Part shown: positions 8,557 through 18,129 of the stretch, one piece after another
How the letters are laid out: the number at the start of each line of letters is the position of its first letter
Numbering within the stretch: position 1 is the first letter of the stretch
Origin: an uncultured Gemmatimonadota bacterium
GTDB taxonomy: Bacteria > Blakebacterota > Blakebacteria > Blakebacterales > Blakebacteraceae
Length of the DNA stretch: 42,989 bases
Assembly (NCBI GenBank): GCA_964576115.1
Contig: CAZNUA010000032.1
Span: forward strand, 1-42,989
Direction of reading: 5' to 3'
Translations under genes and position numbers: made by a program
Notes under the pieces: generated by a model
Database searches by the model: none
The model's input: the letters and a program-made list of their open reading frames with translations, nothing else
What the model was told of the DNA's origin: nothing

Positions 8557-10274
8557 CACTCGCCTCCCTTCGGCCCGGTCGCAGCCGCCGCACCGGCCGC
8601 CTCTGATTCGACCCGCGAGTTCTCTTCTTCAGCTTCGGTCGTGCCGGACGATTCCCGTTCGTCCGGCGGTTCGGTCTGCAAGCCGGGAACGGACCGGTCG
8701 CCCAGGTCGACCATGTCGCGGTCGACATAGCGAATCGGCTGGATCCGGACCGCCTGCAGACGCCTTTCGATATCGTCGGCCACCGGCTCGAGGGGGCGCA
8801 GGAAGGGGCGGGGGTAGACGCCGATCAGAACGATGAACAGGAGCAGCGGCGCCATGCTGAGGCTTTCGCGCAGGTTGAGATCTTTCAGCCCCTGGTTGGC
8901 TTCGTTCAGACAGGGACCGAAGATCACACCGCGCAGCAGCCGCAGCAGGTACAGCGCGGCGATGATGATGCCCGGAATGGCGGGAATGGCCATCCAGGGA
9001 CTGACCCGGAAAGCCCCCAGCAGAATGAGAAATTCGCCCACGAAGCCGTTCAGGCCGGGCAGGCCGGCCGAGGAGAAAGCCACCACCAGGAGCATGGCGG
9101 CATAGATCGGCATGACCTTTGCCAGGCCGCCGAAGTCGCCGATATCGCGGGTGTGGCGGCGTTCGTAAATGAAGCCGACCAGGAGGAAGAGCGCCCCGGT
9201 CGAGAGCCCGTGGTTGACCATCTGGATGATGGCCCCGCTCAAGGCCTCGCTCCGGAAGGTGAAGATGCCCAGGACAACGAAGCCGAGATGGGCCACAGAG
9301 CTGTAAGCCACCAGGCTTTTGATGTCTTTCTGCACCCAGGCCACCAGCCCCCCGTAGATGATGCCCACGATGGCCAGAACAGCCATCCAGGGCATGGCCA
9401 CCGAGGAAGCCACGGGGAACAGGGGCAGGGAGAAGCGCAGCAGGCCGTAGGTACCCATTTTCAGCAGCACCCCGGCCAGCAGGACCGACCCGAAGGTCGG
9501 GGCCTCGACGTGGGCGTCGGGGAGCCAGGTGTGCAGCGGCCAGATGGGCACCTTGATCGCAAAGGCGAAGGTGAAGGCCAGGAAGAGCCAGAACTGGGCG
9601 TTGACGGGGACCGAGAGCTGGTTGATGACCCCCAGGTCGAAGGTGTAGAAGCCGGTCAGCCGACCGTGCAGGAAGTAGAGCGCCAGCAGGGCGACCAGCA
9701 TCAGGAAGGAGCCGACCAGGGTATAGAGGATGAACTTCACGGCGGCATACACCCGCCGGGGACCGCCCCAGATCCCGATCAGCAGGTACATCGGGATCAG
9801 CATCGCCTCCCAGAAAATGTAGAACAGGAGCAGGTCGCGGGTGACGAAGACACCCATCATGCCGGCCTCGAGCAGCAGCAGGGAGATCACGTAACCCTTG
9901 ACCCGGTCGGTCACGGCCGTCCAGGTGCCGAGCAGGGCGATCGGGGTCAGCAGGCCGGTCAGGGCGACGAGCAGCAGGCTCATGCCGTCGATCCCCAGAT
10001 GCCAGGCGGCTCCGATCGAGCTAATCCAGGGGGCCCACTCCACGAACTGGAAGCCGACTTCCTGCATGTCGTATAGCGCCCAGATGGCGAGCGTGAGCGC
10101 AAAGACCGCGAATCCGAAGACCAGGGCGGTGACCTTGAGGGTGGTGTGACGCTCGCGGGGCAGCAGAGCGGCAACCCCCGCTCCGAGCAGGGGCAGCACG
10201 ATCGTGCCGGTGAGCAGGTGAGCCTGCAGCCACCCGACGATGTGCCCCAGGAGTGTCAGGTCCTCTGGATTCAT
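8556..10274 (-). CDS. nuoM: NADH-quinone oxidoreductase subunit M
   Basis: FYIFWEAMLIP, IKVPIWPLHTWLPDAHVEAP, LLKMGTYG, GLPGLNGFVGEF. Confidence 0.97.
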   Translation of the reverse strand: MNPEDLTLLGHIVGWLQAHLLTGTIVLPLLGAGVAALLPRERHTTLKVTALVFGFAVFALTLAIWALYDMQEVGFQFVEWAPWISSIGAAWHLGIDGMSLLLVALTGLLTPIALLGTWTAVTDRVKGYVISLLLLEAGMMGVFVTRDLLLFYIFWEAMLIPMYLLIGIWGGPRRVYAAVKFILYTLVGSFLMLVALLALYFLHGRLTGFYTFDLGVINQLSVPVNAQFWLFLAFTFAFAIKVPIWPLHTWLPDAHVEAPTFGSVLLAGVLLKMGTYGLLRFSLPLFPVASSVAMPWMAVLAIVGIIYGGLVAWVQKDIKSLVAYSSVAHLGFVVLGIFTFRSEALSGAIIQMVNHGLSTGALFLLVGFIYERRHTRDIGDFGGLAKVMPIYAAMLLVVAFSSAGLPGLNGFVGEFLILLGAFRVSPWMAIPAIPGIIIAALYLLRLLRGVIFGPCLNEANQGLKDLNLRESLSMAPLLLFIVLIGVYPRPFLRPLEPVADDIERRLQAVRIQPIRYVDRDMVDLGDRSVPGLQTEPPDERESSGTTEAEEENSRVESEAAGAAAATGPKGGE

Positions 10275-10301
10275 CTCCCCCTACCGTCCTCCATGTCCGC
10301 C

Positions 10302-12269
10302 TTACAGGAGCAGCACCGCCAGGAGCACAATCGCTCCGGCGGCGATACAGAAGGCGTAGATGCCGATGTATCCCGTCTGCAGACGTCTGATGAGCCGCGA
10401 GAGAGCGGTTGTCACGCCCCCCGTGCCCCTCACCAGACCGTCGATGATGACCACGTCGACCGCCCGGTAGAGCCACTTGCTGATGTTGTGCAGGGGCCGG
10501 CCGACGATCAGGAAGTAGAACTCGTCCACCATGTACTTCTGTCGCAGAATCCGCCACAGCCCCGGGACGGCCTGTTCGGGCACCTCGGGGAACGGCTGGG
10601 TGCGGCCGTACCAGCGACGGGCGAACCAGAAGCCTGTCAGGGCCAGGCCGACCGAAACGATCATGAGCAGGATCTGGGCCCCGGCGTGACCGTGTCCGCC
10701 GGCTTCGGCCGCATGGCCGGCCGTTTCGGCCAGAGCCTGTCCGGTACTACCGGCCACGCCGTGCGCCGCCCCCGCGGCCGGCACGATGGCCGAGGTGATG
10801 AAGTCCTGGATCCAGGCTCCGCCCCCGAGTACGTGGGGCAGACCGAGGAAACCGCCGAAGGTGGCCAGAAAGGCCAGGATCAGGAGCGGAACCGTCATGA
10901 CCCGCGGCGATTCGTGGGGGTGCACTCCGTCGGGAACCCGGCTCTCGCCGTAGAAAGTCAGGTAGAGCAGGCGGAAGGTATACAGCCCTGTCAGCACGGC
11001 CGCCAGGGCGCCGAGCACCCAGTACAGCGGCGAGCCGTGCGGGCCGAACCAGGCTTCGAAGAGGATCTCGTCCTTGGAGAAAAAGCCGCTGAAAATGGGG
11101 ATGCCCGCCAGGGCCAGCCCTCCGGCCAGCATGGTCAGGTGGGTGATCGGCAGGTGCCGCTTCAGTCCCCCCATGTCGCGCATGTCCTGGCGGTCGGACA
11201 TGGCGTGGATCACGCTGCCGGCGGCCATGAAGAGCAGGGCCTTGAAAAAGGCGTGGGTCATGAGGTGGAAGATGCCCACCGCGAAGGCCCCGGCCCCCAG
11301 GGCCAGGAACATGTAGCCGAGTTGGCTGATGGTGGAGTAGGCCAGGACCCGCTTGATGTCGGTCTGGGCGATGGCGATCGAACCGGCCATCAGGGAGGTG
11401 ACGACCCCGACCAGGGCGATGACCGTCAGACTCACCGGGGCCATGAGATACAGACCGCCCAGGCGGGCCACCAGGTAGACCCCCGCGGTGACCATGGTGG
11501 CGGCGTGGATCAGGGCCGAGACAGGGGTGGGGCCCTCCATGGCGTCGGGCAGCCAGATGTGCAGGGGCAGCTGGGCGCTCTTGCCCGTAGCGCCGGCGAA
11601 CAGGAGCAGGGTGATGAGGGTGACCGTACCCCCTCCGGCGACCAGCACGCCGGGGGCCTGGTCCAGGATTTCACGGATGTTGAGGGTACCGAAGATGGCG
11701 AACAGGAGCAGGAGCCCGGCGATGAAGCAGGCGTCCCCGATGCGGTTCACGATGAAGGCTTTCTGGCCCGCCTCGGCGGCCGTCTCGCGCTCGAACCAGA
11801 AGCCGATCAGCAGGTAGGAGCACAGGCCCACGCCCTCCCAGCCGATGAAGAGCAGGGCCAGACTGTCGCCCAGAACGAGCAGGAGCATGGCGAAGGTGAA
11901 GAGGTTGAGCCAGGTGAAGTAGCGCCCGTAGCCCCGGTCGCCGTGCATGTAGCCGATCGAGTAGACGTGGATAAGAAAAGCCACGCCGGAAACGGTGAGG
12001 ATCATGACCGCCGAGAGGGGGTCGAGCCAGAGCGCGGCGTCGATCTTGACCGCCCCGGCTCCGATCCATTCGTAAAGCACCACCCGCAGGCTGTCGTGCC
12101 CCGAAGCGCGCAGGCCGAAGAAGCTGACGACCGAGCAGACGAACGCGGCCCCGATGAAGAGCGAGGCGATCCAGCCCACCACCTTCTCGGGCAGACGCCG
12201 GCCGAAGACCAGGCCGAAGAAGACGCCGGCCAGGGGGAAGAGAAGTACGAGTGTCAGCGCGGTCTCCAC
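10302..12269 (-). CDS. nuoL: NADH-quinone oxidoreductase subunit L
   Basis: GWEGVGLCSYLLIGF, GKSAQLPLHIWLPDAMEGPTPVSALIHAATMV, HAFFKALLF. Confidence 0.97.
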   Translation of the reverse strand: METALTLVLLFPLAGVFFGLVFGRRLPEKVVGWIASLFIGAAFVCSVVSFFGLRASGHDSLRVVLYEWIGAGAVKIDAALWLDPLSAVMILTVSGVAFLIHVYSIGYMHGDRGYGRYFTWLNLFTFAMLLLVLGDSLALLFIGWEGVGLCSYLLIGFWFERETAAEAGQKAFIVNRIGDACFIAGLLLLFAIFGTLNIREILDQAPGVLVAGGGTVTLITLLLFAGATGKSAQLPLHIWLPDAMEGPTPVSALIHAATMVTAGVYLVARLGGLYLMAPVSLTVIALVGVVTSLMAGSIAIAQTDIKRVLAYSTISQLGYMFLALGAGAFAVGIFHLMTHAFFKALLFMAAGSVIHAMSDRQDMRDMGGLKRHLPITHLTMLAGGLALAGIPIFSGFFSKDEILFEAWFGPHGSPLYWVLGALAAVLTGLYTFRLLYLTFYGESRVPDGVHPHESPRVMTVPLLILAFLATFGGFLGLPHVLGGGAWIQDFITSAIVPAAGAAHGVAGSTGQALAETAGHAAEAGGHGHAGAQILLMIVSVGLALTGFWFARRWYGRTQPFPEVPEQAVPGLWRILRQKYMVDEFYFLIVGRPLHNISKWLYRAVDVVIIDGLVRGTGGVTTALSRLIRRLQTGYIGIYAFCIAAGAIVLLAVLLL

Positions 12270-12273
12270 GCTC

Positions 12274-12573
12274 TCATCCCTTCAGCAGGTTGAGGGTGTC
12301 CACGTCGACGGTCTGGCGGGCGCGGGCTACGTTGACGACCAGGGCCAGACCTACCGCGGCTTCGGACGCGGCGATGGCGATCACCAGGAAGGCCAGCACC
12401 TGCCCGTCCACGCCCGGGATGAAACGGCTGAATCCCGCCAGGGCGAGATTGGCGGCGTTGAGCATCAGCTCGACGCACATCAGCATGACGATCATGTTGC
12501 GCCGTACCAGCATACCCAGAATGCCGAAACCGAAAAGGGCTGCGCTCAGGATGAGGTAGGCCGTCAGGGTCAT
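12274..12573 (-). CDS. nuoK: NADH-quinone oxidoreductase subunit K
   Basis: 99 aa; LMCVELMLNA, IAASEAAVGLA. Confidence 0.97.
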   Translation of the reverse strand: MTLTAYLILSAALFGFGILGMLVRRNMIVMLMCVELMLNAANLALAGFSRFIPGVDGQVLAFLVIAIAASEAAVGLALVVNVARARQTVDVDTLNLLKG

Positions 12574-13181
12574 GGAGCGGCCTCCTCTCCGGTCCCCTCG
12601 TCGCCCGTTTCCCCCTCGGTGAGGATATCGGATGCGTTCCGGGCCATCGGCCAGAGTTCTTTGGGAAACTTCGGGGTGGGCCAGACCGGCCGGGTGACCA
12701 GAACCGCGCCCACGATCGCGGCCAGCAGCAGAACGCTCAGCAGTTCGAAGGGGAGCAGGTAGCGGGTAAAGAGCACCTCGCCGACGGCCTCGATGGTGCC
12801 GAAATCAGACTCCAGGGGAGGAGAGTGCTCACCCGCTGCGGTCAGGCCGCGAGACAGAAAGAGACCGGCCAGGATCACGCCCATCAACAGACCGGTCACC
12901 CCGGCCACCGTGCGCCGGTACCAGCGCTGGGCGAAGGGGCTTTCCACCCCCACGTTGAGCAGGAAGAGGACGAACAGGAAGAGGACCATGACGGCGCCGG
13001 CGTAGACCATGATCTGAATCACGGCCAGGAAACCGGCGCTCAATTGCAGGTAGATGATCCCGAGCGTCAGCATCACCACGATGAGCGCGAAGGCGCTCTT
13101 GATGGGGTTGCGATGAAGCACCACCGCTCCGGCAGAAGCCACGGCTACGACGGCCAGAATGTAGAAGAGGACGCTATCCAT
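12570..13181 (-). CDS. nuoJ: NADH-quinone oxidoreductase subunit J
   Basis: QIMVYAGAVMVLFLF, YLLPFELLSVLLL. Confidence 0.96.
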   Translation of the reverse strand: MDSVLFYILAVVAVASAGAVVLHRNPIKSAFALIVVMLTLGIIYLQLSAGFLAVIQIMVYAGAVMVLFLFVLFLLNVGVESPFAQRWYRRTVAGVTGLLMGVILAGLFLSRGLTAAGEHSPPLESDFGTIEAVGEVLFTRYLLPFELLSVLLLAAIVGAVLVTRPVWPTPKFPKELWPMARNASDILTEGETGDEGTGEEAAP

Positions 13182-13229
13182 GCCTGCCTCTCTCGGGAAC
13201 TCCGGCTGAGATCTGCGGTTCGGGCGCGT

Positions 13230-13742
13230 TCATTCCGTGAACTCCAGCGGGGTACCCTCCGGTTCGAGCAGCATCTCCTTGGTGTAGATGAAGTGGTCCA
13301 GATCGCGGTCGGCCGTCTCCCATTCCCGGCCCATGTATATCGCCCCGCAGGGGCAGGCCTCTTCGCAGAAACCGCAGAAGATGCAGCGCAGCATGTTGAT
13401 CTCGTATACGGCGGCGTAGCGCTCTTCGGAATACAGCTCCCGCTCGGGGCCGGTGGCATGGGCCGGAACCACATGGATGGCGTTGGCGGGACAGACGTAG
13501 GAGCAGAGCATGCAGGCGGTACAGCGCTCCCGGCCCTGTTCGTCCCGCTTGAGCCGGTGAAGTCCCCGGTAGCGCGGAGCGACCTCAGGTTTCTCCCTGG
13601 GGTACTCCACGGTGATGTTCCGGGAGAAAAAGTGCTTCAGGGTGACCCGCAGTCCGCGCAGAGAAGCCGGCAGCCAGAGACGCTCCCAGAAGGTCATCGT
13701 CCGGCTGAAGTTGTGTTTCGGCTTCGGTATGCGCACGGCCAT
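13230..13742 (-). CDS. nuoI: NADH-quinone oxidoreductase subunit I
   Basis: Two 4Fe-4S motifs CTACMLCSYVCP and CIFCGFCEEACP; YRGLHRL. Confidence 0.97.
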   Translation of the reverse strand: MAVRIPKPKHNFSRTMTFWERLWLPASLRGLRVTLKHFFSRNITVEYPREKPEVAPRYRGLHRLKRDEQGRERCTACMLCSYVCPANAIHVVPAHATGPERELYSEERYAAVYEINMLRCIFCGFCEEACPCGAIYMGREWETADRDLDHFIYTKEMLLEPEGTPLEFTE

Positions 13743-13755
13743 CCTCAGCCCCTCC

Positions 13756-14784
13756 CTAGAGCAGGATCACCAGGGCCGTGACCAGAGCGTTGGCCAGGGC
13801 CAGCGGCAGCAGGACCTTCCAGCCCAGCCGCATGAGTTGATCGTACCGGAACCGGGGGACTGTCCACCGGATCCAGATGAAGATGAAAATCATGACGAAG
13901 GTCTTGACGCTGAACACGGCCGCTCCCGCCAGGGCGTACAGATTCGGGTCACCGGTGATAAAGGCGGGCATAGGGAAATGCCACCCCCCAAGGAAGAGAG
14001 CGACGATGATGGTGCAGGTGGCGACCATGTGGGCGAACTCGCCCATCTGGAACAAACCCAGCTGCATGCTGCCGTACTCGGTGTGGTACCCGCCGATCAG
14101 CTCCTGTTCGGCCTCGGGCAGATCGAAGGGGGTGCGGTGCGTTTCGGCCAGCGAGGCGATGAAGAAGAGCAGAAAACCGAGCGGCTGCTGCCAGATGTAC
14201 CAGCCGCCGATGGTGTCCTGCTGGGCGACGATGGTCGACATGTGGGTCGAGCCGGCGACCAGGATCAGCCCCACCACCGCCAACCCGAGACTGACCTCGT
14301 AGCTGATCATCATGGCCGCGGCCCGCATCCCGCCCATGATGCTGTATTTGTTATTCGAAGCCCAGCCGGCCATGATCACCCCGTAGACCGAGAATGAGGC
14401 GACGGCCAGGAAGTAGAGCACGCCGAAGTTGGGATCGGCGATCTGCAACGGGATGCGTCGGCCGGCGATCACCAGATCGGGGCCGAAAGGGATGACCCCG
14501 ATCAGCACGATGGTGGGTACGAAAGAGGCCACCGGAGCCACCCGGTAGAGCAGCCGGTCGGCGAACTTGGGGACGAAATCTTCCTTGAAGAGGAACTTGA
14601 AGCCGTCGGCCAACGGCTGGAAGAACCCGAAGGGACCGGCACGGTTGGGGCCGATCCGATCCTGGAAAAAGGAGGCGAAGCGGCGCTCGCCGAAAGTGGT
14701 ATAGGCGACCCAGGCCATCAGCACCCCGACGAAGACGGCGGCCTTGGCGGCGTCGATGAGCAGGGCGATCAGGGTCTCGCTCAT
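13756..14784 (-). CDS. nuoH: NADH-quinone oxidoreductase subunit H
   Basis: QDRIGPNRAGP, QPLADGFK, PFDLPEAEQEL, PRFRYDQLM. Confidence 0.97.
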   Translation of the reverse strand: MSETLIALLIDAAKAAVFVGVLMAWVAYTTFGERRFASFFQDRIGPNRAGPFGFFQPLADGFKFLFKEDFVPKFADRLLYRVAPVASFVPTIVLIGVIPFGPDLVIAGRRIPLQIADPNFGVLYFLAVASFSVYGVIMAGWASNNKYSIMGGMRAAAMMISYEVSLGLAVVGLILVAGSTHMSTIVAQQDTIGGWYIWQQPLGFLLFFIASLAETHRTPFDLPEAEQELIGGYHTEYGSMQLGLFQMGEFAHMVATCTIIVALFLGGWHFPMPAFITGDPNLYALAGAAVFSVKTFVMIFIFIWIRWTVPRFRYDQLMRLGWKVLLPLALANALVTALVILL

Positions 14785-16469
14785 GCGTCCGCCTCCTCTC
14801 CGGAACCGGTCCCGGGCTCGGGCCCGAGATCGATCTGCACGCCGTTGGCGGGCAGGGTTTCGAAGGCCAGGCCGGACAGGGCCGGAATCTGAGCCGCCAT
14901 GTCGGCGAAGGCGCGGGCCACGATGGCCCGGGGCGATTCGGTGGTGCGGGGGCGCATGAAGGTGGCCAGGATCGCGGCGTCGGCCTGGGCTTCGCCGTGC
15001 GGATCGTGGATCCGGTCGAAGCGCTGCAGCCGACCCCGGGCGTTGACGAAAGTGCCGGTCTTTTCGAAGGGACTTGCGCCCGGCATGACCAGTGTGGCGA
15101 CCTCGGTGGCCGGAGTGTGACGGCTCGACAGGGCGATGACGGTGCGGGCCCGACCGAGACGGGCCGCTGTCTCGTCGTCCAGGTCGGCTTCGAGCAACAG
15201 AACGGTCGAGATCGTTCCCGCCTCGACGCCGGCCAGGATGTCCTCGATGTTCGCGGCATCGGGGGCCACCAGCTCGAGTCCGCGGGTATTGGCGTTGCGG
15301 TCCCGCCGCTGGAGCCAGTCGATCATCTCGGCCGGATCGATTCGTCCCTCTGCGCCGTACCAGGCGGCCAGGGGATCTCCGAGTTCTGAGGCCAGCTGAC
15401 GCAGCAGCCAGATCTCCTCGCAGGGGACCGAGGCGCCGGTCAGGGCGGCGAAACCCCCGCTGCCCCGGGCCACGTCCAGGGCCGGGATAGCCAGGGCGAA
15501 AGCCTCGGCCATGCGGATGGGGTGGCGCTCAGAGCCCCGGCCGGCCAGGGCGGTCTCGATGCGGTTCTCGGTGTGCCAGTCCAGATCGAAGCGGCCCCGG
15601 TCGCACATCCACCAGTCGTTGACCTCGAGATTGGGGCGGGGTCGCAGACGGGCCAGGCGGTCCTCGAAACGATCGCCGTAGAGCGAGCACCCCGTGGCGC
15701 ACTGCGGGCAGACGGTTCTGGCAGCCTCGAGGTAAAAAGCCCGGGCCGAATGCAGGAAAGGTTTGGTGACCAGTGCTCCGACCGGGCAGACATCGGCCAG
15801 ACAGCCCTGATAATCGTTGGTCAGGTTGTGTTCGAGGTAGGTGCCCACATCCACGTGACCGCCCCGATCATAAAGCGCAAATTCTTCTCCGCCTTCGACT
15901 TCCTGCAGAAATCTCACGCATCGCGTGCATTGAATGCAGCGGTTCATGTACATTTTGAGGCGGTCGCTGAAATCCTTCTCGGGATAGGTCCGTTTGACCA
16001 TCCGGTGGCGGGTGCGGCCCAGGCCGAATTTATAGGCGTTGTCCTGCAGCAGGCACTCCCCGGCCTTGTCGCACCAGGGACAGTCGAGAGGGTGGTTCAG
16101 CAACAGGAATTCCATGACGCCGCGTCGGGCCTCGGCCACGGCCTCGTTATTGGTCACGACCTCCATGCCCTCGGCCACCGGCATGATGCAGGAGGGCTCG
16201 AGTTTGGGACGGCCGTTGATCTCGACCAGGCACATGCGGCAGTTCCCCACCGCCGAGAGACCGGGATGGAAGCAGAAGTAGGGGATTTCGATCCCGTTAT
16301 AGAGGGCTGCAGCCAGAATCGAGGTGCCGGGGGGGACGGTGACCTCTTCGCCGTCGATCCTCAGGGTGACGGTCGGTTCCCCCTCGGGCAGGCGCACCAT
16401 CGGATAGATGCCCTCGCCCATGTGCGCTTTCAGCGTGCGCCGGGGAATGTTGTGCGTGAGGTGCGCCAT
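14781..16469 (-). CDS. nuoG: NADH-quinone oxidoreductase subunit G (short form, 562 aa)
   Basis: N1b CFHP..GNCRMC, N5 HPLDCPWCDKAGEC, N4 CIQCTRC...CPVG, N7-type CPQCATGC...C; ATG overlaps the nuoF stop (TGATG). Confidence 0.92.
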   Translation of the reverse strand: MAHLTHNIPRRTLKAHMGEGIYPMVRLPEGEPTVTLRIDGEEVTVPPGTSILAAALYNGIEIPYFCFHPGLSAVGNCRMCLVEINGRPKLEPSCIMPVAEGMEVVTNNEAVAEARRGVMEFLLLNHPLDCPWCDKAGECLLQDNAYKFGLGRTRHRMVKRTYPEKDFSDRLKMYMNRCIQCTRCVRFLQEVEGGEEFALYDRGGHVDVGTYLEHNLTNDYQGCLADVCPVGALVTKPFLHSARAFYLEAARTVCPQCATGCSLYGDRFEDRLARLRPRPNLEVNDWWMCDRGRFDLDWHTENRIETALAGRGSERHPIRMAEAFALAIPALDVARGSGGFAALTGASVPCEEIWLLRQLASELGDPLAAWYGAEGRIDPAEMIDWLQRRDRNANTRGLELVAPDAANIEDILAGVEAGTISTVLLLEADLDDETAARLGRARTVIALSSRHTPATEVATLVMPGASPFEKTGTFVNARGRLQRFDRIHDPHGEAQADAAILATFMRPRTTESPRAIVARAFADMAAQIPALSGLAFETLPANGVQIDLGPEPGTGSGEEADA

Positions 16470-17611
16470 CACGTGTTCCCCCCGCCGGAGCCGCCGTTGA
16501 GGCGGGCCTCGAACTCGGCCCTGAATTTCAGGACTGCCGACTGGACCGGGCCTGCGGCTCCGTCGCCGAAGGCGCAGATCGTCTGGCCCATGATGTGCCG
16601 GGTTACATCCACGAGCAGGTCGAGATCGTCGCTCACGGCGTCGCCTGAAGCTACTCTTTTCAGAATCTCGACCATCCAGGGACAGCCCTCGCGGCAGGGG
16701 GTACACTGCCCGCAGCTCTCTTCGGCGTAGAATTCGGCCACGTTCAGAGTGGCCTCGACGATGTCATCACCTTCGTCGAGGACGATCGTGCCCCCGGAGC
16801 CGAGGAAGGTTTTGAGTTCGGCCGCGGCTTCGAAGCTGATCGAGGCATCGGCCACCTCGGCGGCGGTCAGCATCGGGGTCGAAGAGCCGCCGGGGTAGAG
16901 AGCCTTGAATGGCCGGCCCCGGGCCGGGCCTCCGGCCAGATCGTCGAGCAGGGTCGACCAGGGCACGCCCATCTCGACCTCGTACACCCCGGGCCTGGCC
17001 ACCCGGCCGCTGATCGAGAACAGGCGGGTGCCGGTCGATTCTTCGGTGCCGTAGGTNNNNNNNNNNNNNNNNNNNNNNNNNNNNNNNNNNNNNNNNNNNN
17101 NNNNNNNNNNNNNNNNNNNNNNNNNNNNNNNNNNNNNNNNNNNNNNNNNNNNNNNNGCTTCGGCCAGGCAGGCCCGCAGACGCCGGGCCTCGCCCCTGAA
17201 CTCCTCGCGCATGTAGATGAAGGCGTGCTCGCAGCCGATGGCGCGGCAGGCGATGAGGATCCCCTCAATGAGCCGGTGGGGAGAGTGGCGCAGGAGCCAG
17301 CGGTCCTTGAAGGTGCCCGGTTCTCCCTCGTCGCAGTTGCAGACCAGGTAGATCGGTTTGCCCGTGTCCCGGGGCACAAAGCCCCACTTGACCCCGGCCG
17401 GGAAGCCGGCTCCGCCCCGGCCGCGGATGTTGGAGGTCTTGACCTCGGCGTGAACCTCTTCGGGTGAGAGCTCGAACACGGCCCTTTTGAGACCCCGGTA
17501 GCCTTCGCCCCCCTCGGTGTACAGAGGCAGGGTGCACATGCCGGCCCGGGCCGCATCGGTCATCAGGATCGGAGGACGATCTTCGCGGGTACGCCAGGGA
17601 GCCGAACTCAC
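16469..17611 (-). CDS. nuoF: NADH-quinone oxidoreductase subunit F (interrupted by assembly gap)
   Basis: RGRGGAGFP, NCDEGEPGTFKDR, ESCGQCTPCREG, ICAFGD; the middle portion falls in the N run. Confidence 0.93.
   Translation of the reverse strand: MSSAPWRTREDRPPILMTDAARAGMCTLPLYTEGGEGYRGLKRAVFELSPEEVHAEVKTSNIRGRGGAGFPAGVKWGFVPRDTGKPIYLVCNCDEGEPGTFKDRWLLRHSPHRLIEGILIACRAIGCEHAFIYMREEFRGEARRLRACLAEXXXXXXXXXXXXXXXXXXXXXXXXXXXXXXXXXXTYGTEESTGTRLFSISGRVARPGVYEVEMGVPWSTLLDDLAGGPARGRPFKALYPGGSSTPMLTAAEVADASISFEAAAELKTFLGSGGTIVLDEGDDIVEATLNVAEFYAEESCGQCTPCREGCPWMVEILKRVASGDAVSDDLDLLVDVTRHIMGQTICAFGDGAAGPVQSAVLKFRAEFEARLNGGSGGGNT
17057..17156. other. Scaffold gap (100 N)
   Basis: Exactly 100 consecutive n; likely a placeholder length. 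Confidence 0.99.
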
Positions 17612-18129
17612 GGTTCACCTCCAGGCACCGCGGTATACCCCGGGGGGATCTCTCCGGCTCGCAGGGCCGCGACGACTCCCTCGCACTGTTCGGGGCTGAA
17701 GGCTTCGTAGTAGCGGAAGTCGATCTGTACGGCCGGCCCTGTGCCGCAGCAGGCCAGACATTCGACCCAGCGCAGGGTGATCAGGCCGTCGGGGGTGGTC
17801 TCTCCCATCCGGATGCCGAGCAGTTCCTCGAACCGCGAGGCCACCTCGCCCGAGCCGGCCAGGGCGCACGGCAGGGTGCGGCAGATGTTGATGACGTGGC
17901 GGCCGCGCTCTTCGGTGAAGAGGTTGTGATAAAAGGTCGCCACTCCGGCCACGGTCGACACGGGCACCTCGAGTTCGGCCGCCACGTACTGCAGGACCTC
18001 GTAGGAGAGGTGACCGAAATCTGACTGGGCCAGTTGCAGGGCGGGGATGAGCAGGCTGCCCGGATCGGGGAACTCGGACCGCATCTCGTCCAGCGCCCGG
18101 CGCGATTCTTCGGAAAAGGCGAGGGCCAT
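17608..18129 (-). CDS. nuoE: NADH-quinone oxidoreductase subunit E
   Basis: VATFY; 2Fe-2S ligands CRTLPC...CLACC. Confidence 0.96.
   Translation of the reverse strand: MALAFSEESRRALDEMRSEFPDPGSLLIPALQLAQSDFGHLSYEVLQYVAAELEVPVSTVAGVATFYHNLFTEERGRHVINICRTLPCALAGSGEVASRFEELLGIRMGETTPDGLITLRWVECLACCGTGPAVQIDFRYYEAFSPEQCEGVVAALRAGEIPPGYTAVPGGEP

Noticed and set aside
14781-16706. Longer ORF-track starts for nuoG (also nuoB 20806, tolC1 21170, skp 33009, xerC 38636, hslV 39546)
   Set aside because: The extensions overlap neighbouring genes or lack homology-like sequence; downstream starts have an RBS or stop/start coupling.
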